Of a stretch of 64,000 nt of DNA, positions 54,546 to 64,000 are shown piece after piece. The stretch lies in contig NC_043020.1 in the NCBI RefSeq assembly GCF_006345805.1, positions 31,124,001-31,188,000 on the forward strand, read 5' to 3'. The stretch is from Octopus sinensis. Its lineage: Eukaryota. The notes beneath the pieces were generated by a model that did no database searches, was not told the DNA's origin, and saw nothing but the letters and a program-made list of their open reading frames with translations. A program made the position numbers and the translations under genes. Within the stretch, counting starts at the first letter, position 1. Each line of letters begins with the position of its first letter.

Positions 54546-57500
54546 TGCTAGAAATAGCAATCAAATCTTCCTCAGATCACACTTTTCTATACTAATGGAC
54601 TAATGTCAGATCTTCTAGATAATTACTTGACTTGCAAGATATAGCAGTCAAATCTTCCTCATATTGCGCTTTTCTATTCTAATGGAACAATTTTAGACCC
54701 TCTAAATAGTAGCTTCACTTGCTAGAAATAGTCAAATCTCCGTATTATCACACATTTCTATTCTAATGGACCAATGTCACATCCTCTAAATAGTTGTTTG
54801 ACTTGCTAGAAATAACTGTAAAATCTTCCTCAGATCACACTTTTCTATTCTAATGGACCAATGTCACATCCTCTAAATAGTTGCTTAACTTGGTAGAAAT
54901 AACAGTCAAATCTCCCTCAGATCACACTTTTCTATTCTAATGGACAAATGTCAGATGCTCTTAATAGTGCTTGACTTGCTCGAAAGAGCAGACAAATCTT
55001 CCTCAGATCACATTTTTCTATTCTAATTGACCAATGTCAGATTGTCTAAATAGAAGCTTGACTTGCTAGAAATAACAGTTAAATCTTCCTCAGATCACAC
55101 TTCTATTCAAATGGAACAATGTTAAATCCTCTAAATAGTTGCTTGACTTGCTAGAAATAGCAGTCATATCTTAATTAGATCACACTTTTCTATTCTTATG
55201 GACCAATGCCAGAGCCACTAAATAGTTTCTTAACTTACAAGAAATAGCAGTCAAGTCTTCCTTAGATCACACTTTTCTACTCTAATGGAACAATGTCAGA
55301 TCTGCAAAATAATTGCTTCACTTGCTAGAAATAGCAGTCAATTCTCCCTCAGATCAGACTTTTCTGTTCTAATCGACCAATGTCACGAACTCTTAATAGT
55401 TGCTTGACTTGCTAGAGAGAGGAAACAAATCTTTTTCAGATCACTCTTTTCTATTCCAATAGACCAATGTCAGACCCTCTAAATAGTTGCTTGACTTGCT
55501 AGAAATAGCAGTCAAAACATCCTGAGATCACAGTTTTCTATTCTAATGGAAGAATGTCAGATCATCTAAATAAAAGCTTGACTTGCTAGAAATAGCTATC
55601 AAATGTTCCTCTGATCACACTTTTCTACTCTAATGGAACAATGTCAAATCCTCTAAATAGTTGCTTTACTTGCTAGAAATAGCAGTCAAATCTTAATCAG
55701 AGCACACTTTTCTATTCTCATGGACTGATGTCAGAACCTCTAAATAGTTTCTTGACTTCCTAAAAATAACAGTCAAATCTTCCTCAGCTCATGCTTTTCT
55801 ATTCTAATGGACCAATGTCAGCTCCTCTAAATAGATCCTTGACTTGCTAGTAATAGTAGTCAAATCTCAGTATTATCACACTTTTTTATTCTAATGGAAC
55901 AATATCAGATCCTCTAAATAGTTGCTTGACTGGCTAGAAATAGAAATTACATCCTCCTCAGATTACATTCTTCGATTCTAATGGAACAATGTCAGAACCT
56001 CTAAATAGTTTCTTGACTTGCAAAAAATAACAGACAAATCTCCATCAGATCAAACGTTTCTATACTAATGGACCAATGTCAGATCCTCAAAATAAGTTGC
56101 TTCACTTGCTAGAAATAGCAATCAAACCTTCCTCAGATCACTTTACTATCCTAATGGAACAATGTCAGATCCTCTAAATAGCTGCTTGACTTTCTAAAAA
56201 TAGCAGACAAATCTCCTTCAGATCACACTTTTCTATTCTAATGGACCAATATCAGATCATCTAAACAGTTGCTAGACTTGCTAGAAATAGCAGTCAAATC
56301 TCCCTCAGATCACAATTTTCTATACTAGTCGCCCAATGTCAGATCCTCTAAATAGTTGGTTGTCTGGCAAGAAATAGCAGTCAAATATCTCTCAGATCAC
56401 ACATTTCTATTCAAATAGACCAATGTCAGATCCTCTAAATTAAAGCTGCAATTGCGAGAAATAGCAATCAAATGTTCCTCACATCACTCGCTTCTATTCT
56501 AATGGAACAATGTCAGACATTCTAAATAGTTGCTAGAGTTGCTAGAAATAGCAATCAAATCTTCCTCAGATCAGACTTTTCTATTCTAATGCACCAATAT
56601 AAGATCTTCTAAATAGTTGCTTGACTTGCTATAATTGACAGGAAAATCTTCCTTATATCACACTTTTCTATTCTAATGGACCAATGTCAGATGCTCTTAA
56701 TAGTTGCTTGACTTGCTAGAAAGAGGAGACAAATCTTCCTCAGATCACACTTTTCTATTCTAATAGACCAATGTCAGATCCTCTAAATAGTTGCTTGCTT
56801 TGCTAGAAATAGCAGTCAAAACTTCCTTTAGATGACATTTTTCTATTCTAATAGACCAATGTGAGATCCTCTAAATAGTTCCTTGACTTGCTAGAAATAG
56901 CAGTCAAATCTCCCTCAGATCACACATTTCTATTCTAATGACCAATGTCACATGCTCTTAATAGTTGTTTGAATTTCTAGAAAGAGGAGACAAATCTTCC
57001 TCAGATCACACTTTTTTATTCTAAAGGCTGAAGACGCTCGACCTTTATTCTCTAGAAAAATGACAACGCCGTGGAGATCTCATTCTTGCTCACAACATCA
57101 TAAGCGGAAAGTGTAACCTCTCGAAAGAGCTGTTCTTCTCTCCTGCTCCAGAGCATCGGCCGTGGGGTCATTCCGAAAAGCTCTATCTGCGACGATTTCA
57201 TCTCAATTGAAGGAGAGGGGCTTTCTCCGTCCGGGTTGCGGATCAGTGGAATAAGCTGCCAGACGAGATGGTGAAGATGCCGATGACTGCTCGGTTCAAA
57301 GTCTCCCTTGACCTCAAGTGGCCTGAACTCTTTACATGAACACCACCCTGTACATAACTCCTTGTCCCCCTACATGGCCTTGCTTTTTGCTATTTGAGCC
57401 AAAAAATTAACTAACTAACTAACTAAAAGACCAATGACAGATTCTCTAAATAGTTCCATCACTTGCTAGAAAGAGCAGTCAAAATTTCCTTTCGATCAAA

Positions 57501-60500
57501 CTTTTCTATTCTTATGGACCATTGTCATGACCTCTAAATAGTTGCTTGATTTGCAAGAAATAGCAGTCAACCTTTATAAGATCACACTTTTCTATTCTAA
57601 TGGACCAATATCAGATCCTCTAAATAGTTGCTTCACTTGCAAGAAATGGCGATCAAATCTTCATCAGATTACACTTTTTTATTCTAATGGAACAATGTCA
57701 GATCGTCTAAATAAAAGCTTGACTTGCTAGAAATAACAGTCAAGTCTTCCTTAGATCACACTTTTCTATTTTAATAGAACAATGTCAGATCCTAATAATA
57801 GATGCTTGACTTGCTAGAAATAGCAATCAAATCTTACTCAGATTACACTTTTCTATTCTAATGGAACAATGTCAAGATATCTAAATAGTTGCTAGACTTG
57901 ATAGAAATAGCAGTCAAATCTCCTTCAGATCACAATTTTCTATTCTAATCGACAAATGTCAGATCCTCTAAATATTTGCTTTCCTTGCAAGATGTAGCAG
58001 TCAAATCTTCCTCAGACCACACTTTTCTATTCTAATGAGAGAATGTCAGATCGTCTAAATAAAAGCTTGACTTGCTAGAAATAGCTGTCAAATCTTCATC
58101 ATATCACTCTTTTCTACTCTAATGGACCAATGTCAGATCCTCTAAATAGTTACTAGACTTGCTAGAAATAGTAGTCAAATCTTCATCAGATCACACTTTT
58201 CTATTCTAATTGAACAATGTCAGATCCTCTAAATAGTTGCTAGACTTGACAGAAATAGGAGTCAAACCTTCCTTATATCAGACTTTTCTATTTTAATGGA
58301 ACAATATCAAATCCTCTAAATATTAGCTTCACTTGCTAGAAATAACAGTCAAATCTCCCTTAGATCACACTTTTCTGTATTAATGGATCAATGCCAGTTA
58401 CTCTAAATAGTTGCTTGACTTGCTAAAAATAGCAGTGAAACCTTCCTCAGATCACACTTTTCTACTCTAATGGAAATTTGTCAGATCGTCTAAATAAAAG
58501 CTTGACTTGCTAGAAATAGCCATCAAATGTTCCTCAGATCACTCGTTTCTTTTCTAATGGAACAATGTCAGATCCTCTAAATAGTTCCTTGACTTGCTAG
58601 ATATATCTATAAAATCTTCCTCAGATCAAACTTTTCCATTCTAATGGACAAATGTCAGATGATCTTAAAAGTTGCTTGAGTTGCTAGAAAGAGGAGACAA
58701 ATCTTCCTCAGATCACACTTTTCTATTCCAATGGAACAGTGTCAAATCCTCTAAATAGTTGCTTGACTTGCTAGAAATAGTAGTCAAATCATAATCAGAT
58801 CACACTTTTCTATTCTCATGGACCAATATCAGAGCCTCTAAATAGTTCCTTAACTTGCTAAAAATAACAGTCAAATCTTCCTCAGCTCACGCTTTTCTAT
58901 TCTAATGGACCAATGTCAGATCCTCTAAATAGTTCTTTGACTTGATAGAAATAGTAGTCAAATCTCCGTATTATCACAATTTTCTATTCTAATGGAACAA
59001 CATCAGATCCTCTAAATCCTTGCTTCACTTGCTAGAAATAGAAATCAAATCTTCCTCAGATTACACTCTTCTATTCTAATGGAACAATGTCAAGATCTCT
59101 AACTAGTTGCTTGACATGCTAGAATTAGCAGTCGAATCTCCCTCAGATCACAATTTTCTATACTAATTGACCAATGTCAGATCATCTAAATAGTTGCCTT
59201 CCTTGGTAGATATAGCTGTCAAATCTTCCTGAGATCACACTTTTCTATTCTAATGGAACAATGTCAGATCATCTAAATAAAAGCTTGACTTGCTAGAAAT
59301 AGCAGTCAAATCTCCCTCAGATCACACATTTCTATTCTAATGACCAATGTCACATGCTCTTAATAGTTGCTTGACTTTCTAGAAAGAGGAGACAAATCTT
59401 CCTCAGATCACACTTTTCTATTCTAAAAGACCAATGACAGATTCTCTAAATAGTTCCTTCACTTGCTAGAAAGAGCAGTCAAAACTTCCTTTGGATCAAA
59501 CTTTTCTATTCTTATGGGCCATTGTCACAACCTCTAAATAGTTGCTTGATTTGCAAAAAATAGAAGTCAACCTTCTTAAGATCACATTTTTCTATTCTAA
59601 TGAACCAATATCAGATCCTCTAAATACTTGCTTGATTTGCTAGAAATAACAGTCAAATCTTTCTCAGATCACACTTTTCTATTCCAATGGAACAATGTCA
59701 AATCCTCTAAATAGTTGCTTGACTTGCTAGAAATAGCAGTCAAATCTTAATCAGATCACACTTTTCTATTCTCATGGACCAATATCAGAGCCTCTAAATA
59801 GTTTCTTAACTTGCTAAAAATAACAGTCAAATCTTCCTCAGCTCACGCTTTTCTATTCTAATGACTAATGTCAGATCCTCTAAATAGTTCCTTGACTTGC
59901 TAGAAATATTAGTCAAATCTCCGTATTATCACACTTTTCTATTCTTATAGAACAATATCAGATCCTCTAAATAGTTGCTTCACTTGCTAGAAATAGCAGT
60001 CAAGTCTTCCCTAGATCATACTTTTCTATTCTAATGGAACAATGTCAGATCGTCTAAATAAAAGCTTGACTTGCTAGAAATAGCAATCAAATCTTACTCA
60101 GATTACACTTTTCTATTCTAATGGAACAATGTCAAGACCTCAAAATAATTGCTAGACTTGATAGAAATAGCTGTCAAATCTCCCTCAGATCACAATTTTC
60201 TATTCTAATCGACAAATGTCAGATCCTCTAAATATGTGCTTTCTTTGCAAGATGTAGCAGTCAAATCTACCTCAGACAACACTTTTCTATTCTAATGAAA
60301 GAATGTCAGATCGTCTAAATAAAAGCTTGATTTGCTAGAAATAGCCATCAAATGTTCCTCAGATCACTCGTTTCTTTTCTAATGGAACAATGTCAGATCC
60401 TCTAAATAGTTCCTTGACTTGCTAGAAATATCTATAAAATCTTCCTCAGATCAAACTTTTCTATTCTAATGGACAAATGTCAAATGATCTTAATAGTTGT

Positions 60501-62010
60501 TTGACTTGCAAGAAAGAGGAGACAAATCTTCCTCAGATCACACTTTTCTATTTAATAGACCAATGTCAGATGCTCTAAAGGACCAATCTCAGATCTTCTA
60601 AATAGTTGCTTGACTTGGTAGAAATAACAGTCAAATCTCCCTCAGATGACACTTTTCTCTTCTAATGGACCAATGTCAGATGCTCTTAATAGTGCTTGAC
60701 TTGCTAGAAAGAGCAGACAAATCTTCCTGAGATTACACTTTTCCATTCTAATAGACCAATGTTAGATCCTCTAAATATTTGCTTAACTTGATAGAAATAG
60801 CAGCCTATACTTCCTCAGATCACATTTTTCTATTCTAATTGACCAATGTCACATCCTCTAAATACTTGCTTGACTTGCTAGAAATAACTGTCAAATCTTA
60901 ATCAGATCACACTTTTCTATTCTAACGGAACATGTCAAATTCTCTAAATAGTTTCTTGACTTGATAGAAATAGCAGTCAAATCTTAATCAGATCACACTT
61001 TTCTATTCTCATGGACCAATGTCAGAACCTCTAAAGTTTCTTGACTTGCTAAAAATAACAGTCAAATCTTCCTCAGCTCACGCTAATTGATTTACTTGCT
61101 AGAAGTAGCAGTGAAATCTTCCTCAGCTCACACTCTACTATTCTATTGGAACAATGTCAAATCCTAATAATAGATGCTTGACTTGCTAGAAATAGCAGTC
61201 ACATCTCCATCAGATCATACTTTTCTATACTAATGGACCAATGTTATTATCCTCTGAATAAGTTGCTTGATTTGCCAGAAATAGCAATCAAACCTTCCTC
61301 AGATCACACTTTTCTATTCTAAAGGCACAATGTCAGATTCTCTAAATAGTTGCTTGACTTGCTAGAAATAGCAGACAAATCTCCTTCAGATCACACTTTT
61401 CTATACTAGTGGACCAATTTCAGATCCTGTAAATAGTTGCTTGACTTGCGAGAAATTGCAGTCAAATCTTCCTCAGCTCACGCTTTTCTATTCTAATGGA
61501 CTAATGTCAGATCCTCAAAATAGTTGCTTGACTTGCTAGAAATAGCAGTCAAATCTTCCTCAGATCACACTTTTCTATTCTAAGGGACCAATGTTAGATC
61601 CTCTAAATAGTTGCTTGACGTTCTAGAAATAGCAGTCAAATCTCCTTCAGATCACACTCTTCTATTCTAATGGAACAATGTCCGATCAATTAAATCATTG
61701 CTTAACTGCTAGAAATAGCAATCAAATCTTCCTCAGATCCCACTTTTTTTATTCTAATGAACCAATGTCAGAACCTCTAAATATTTGCTTGACTTGCTAG
61801 AAATAGCAGTCAAATCCTCCTGAGATCAGAGTTTTCTATTCTAATGGACTAATGTCAGATACTCTAAATATTTGCTTCACCTGCTAGAAATAGCAGTCAA
61901 ATCTCCTTCAGATCACACTTTTTTTATTCTAATGGAACAATGTCAGATCCTCTAAATAGCTGCTTGACTTGTAGAAATATTAGTCAAATCTTCCTCAGTT
62001 CACACTTTTC
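54546..62010. repeat. 87-bp tandem satellite, ~80 diverged monomers
   Basis: Consensus tgctagaaatagcagtcaaatcttcctcagatcacacttttctattctaatggaccaatgtcagatcctctaaatagttgcttgact; anchors 61536 and 61623 give the period. Confidence 0.97.
57026..57422 (+). mobile_element. CR1 3' end inserted in the satellite
   Basis: RLKTLDLYSLEK*QRRGDLIL...GHSEKL...FSVRVADQWNKLP...FKVSLD; (AACT)n tail; ctaaa duplicated at 57021-25 and 57423-27. Confidence 0.9.
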
Positions 62011-62510
62011 TATTCTCTCTCTTCTCCCCCTTCTTAATTCCTTTGTTCCCCTTTTCCTCTCTCTTATCTTCTCACGTGTCTGCTTGGCGGACTACTGGCC
62101 TTTCTGTGTCTGGCCGAGGTCGCTGAAACATCAACATTTCCTTTCTCTGCCGTAAGGCTCAATTCCTTACACGCCTGCTGAATTCAATTCGTCTCTAGTC
62201 CAAAGACGCCTGTTGTGATGTCCTGATATTATTATTATTATTTTTTCGTATTATTTTTGTATTTATATTCGTGTAACATCGTCCGTTTTTCCGTCCTTGT
62301 GTCCTATACATTCGAAGCTTTTTTTCCAATGAATCTAATGCTCTTAGCTATTCTTTTCCTTGGGGATGGCCAGATTAGAGCAATCCCAAGATTAATCAGC
62401 CGATGATCCGGTTCTTGACTGAAGATTAAAGGCTTCGAATGACCCGTCCGTGCTTTTTGTATAGTCTTCTGGATGTTCTGCGTTCTTGTCGCCTTTTGTA
62501 TTTTTATATA
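62010..62510 (+). mobile_element. Dispersed repeat, possibly Penelope pLTR-like, terminating the satellite
   Basis: 62400-62500 is the reverse-complement homolog of 17620-17715. The family assignment is inference only. Confidence 0.45.
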
Positions 62511-62899
62511 TTTATATATATATATTTATATATATCAATTTTACTTTAAGTTACGAACGGAAAAATGGGATATTGTGAATTTTCAGAAAGTCTCCTCTCC
62601 TCCCCTCAAAGTTGTCAGCACGCATTTTTTTAATTCGTTTTCCCCATACTTATCAATACTTACTAACACCCCTCAAGCTGGTTAATTTTTTTCTTTTCTT
62701 TTTTTTTTTGTTGCCAGGTGGGGATCTTTATATTAACCATAAAAATTTTTTACTGAAAGCGACGATCTTACTCAGAAACATAAACAAATCCACGTGCTTT
62801 AAGAAGTAATGTAAACTTCTTAAAACGAAAGTATCGCCTAATAATGATTATTCGCATATTTATTAACACGTTTAGGCAGGTTCAGACCTAAAATATGCT

Positions 62900-63910
62900 G
62901 TTGGCTGAAGTGTATGTTGAGGAGAGCCATTTTTCCCATTCTGGGACACCGGTGTTTCGATATGTTGTGTTTCGTTAGGAAAAAGAAGCCAGAACTCTGA
63001 GCCTAACATAAAGCCGCTGCCTTGGTTTATACTTTCAGCAGACAAATTGATCGCAGATCGGTACTTGTATCGTTATTTGCATTGTGTACTGTAAGGGCTG
63101 AAACGATTTTTTTACAGCAATACTTATTTTGACATAATTACCAAGACTGACCAACAGTTGATCAAGGCCATTCGGTTTACGTGCCTAAAATGTGAAAGGA
63201 ACATAACTTAATACCCCAAAATATGTCTCATACTTTTGAAAAATGTGAAATATGCGATGTTTGGCTCCAACAAAATCGCATGGAAATTAGCGGTTTTGAT
63301 GCTAATGGATAACTAGTAGTTGTGGAGATAAATGAATGTAAATTTTTTTTTCATCGAAAATATAACCGCGGTAAGTGGCGCACTGGCCATTGGGTATTCG
63401 CCGGAATAGAAAGGGTTTCGAAGAAATGTCTCTTAGTTGAAGTGCCTGATCGTACTGAGCAGACTTTGACAGCATTAACTGAACGATGGATTCTACCAGG
63501 GAGTCACATAGTAAGTGATGGCTGGTGATCATTCAATAACATTGGGATTCTAAATGATAGTGGTGTACACTCACATGAATTTCGTTCATCCTGCCAATGA
63601 AGACGTCCACACACAAAATATAGAAAATATGTGAATGCTTGTGAAACACAAATTACGCCATCAATTTGGAACTTCAGAGGCTTTGTTTCTTATTTGCACA
63701 AATTCATATGGCGCAATTCACTAGACAAGAATAAGACATTTATTCACTTTTGGGTGCGATATCAAGTGTGTATACTGTATGATCAAAAATAAGTTATGTT
63801 CCTTTAATTTTAATTAGTTATGACCCTTTACTATTTTTACGCACGTAAACTGAACAATTACTGCAGTGATGTATCAAACTTGGCACTAGCTAGTGGTAAG
63901 TAGTCGATCC
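62900..63910 (+). mobile_element. Merlin transposon pseudogene with right TIR
   Basis: VVEINECKFFFHRKYNRGK..GHWVFAGIERVSKKCLLVEVPDRT..L..WILPGSHIVSDGW. The end reads GGATCGACTACTTACCAC on the minus strand (63910-63893). The left boundary is approximate. Confidence 0.85.
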
Positions 63911-64000
63911 TACAACGACTTGCGCGTATGATTGTATTTCAAGGCTGAATACATATCAAAGAAAATTAGATAATATTTTTTGAACAAAGTAAATAAAACT

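Noticed and set aside
54546-62010. CRISPR-like array (hairpin repeats)
   Set aside because: The whole 87-bp monomer repeats, with no unique spacers and no cas genes, in a eukaryotic context.
62066-62130. HHR-like folds at 62066-62130, ~39615-39655 (minus) and ~10000-10035 (minus)
   Set aside because: Partial stems only; core nucleotides are missing or truncated. They may be decayed relics but cannot be supported here.
63300-63530. Bacterial IS1595 contamination or horizontal transfer
   Set aside because: Pseudogenised and embedded in animal repeats; fits native Merlin.

Overview
Repeat-saturated animal genomic DNA, most likely Octopus. That is inferred from the tRNA-SINE families, RTE/CR1 LINEs and abundant (TA)n/(CA)n tracts, and is not database-verified. 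One host gene is recognisable: two minus-strand coding exons of the ciliary gene CFAP96/C4orf47 (14990-15068 and 3751-3958), separated by an ~11 kb TE-filled intron, with an RFX X-box about 1.1 kb upstream. The rest is mostly decayed mobile DNA: RTE, CR1 and R4/Dong LINEs, an internally deleted Gypsy element, Tc1, mariner, Merlin (IS1595-like) transposons, Helitron-type ends, a Tc1/mariner MITE and many SINEs. There is also a shuffled patchwork of locally duplicated modules (33-54.5 kb) and a ~7.4 kb 87-bp satellite. The most interesting signals found by eye are hammerhead ribozyme (HHR) folds. One is an intact type I motif (12828-12890), one lies in a retrozyme-like 355-bp direct-repeat unit (35002-35434), and one lies downstream of a tRNA-type Pol III head (14095-14363). 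Most short ORFs in the supplied track are microsatellite read-throughs. TE boundaries are approximate (tens of bp) unless a TSD or TIR is quoted.
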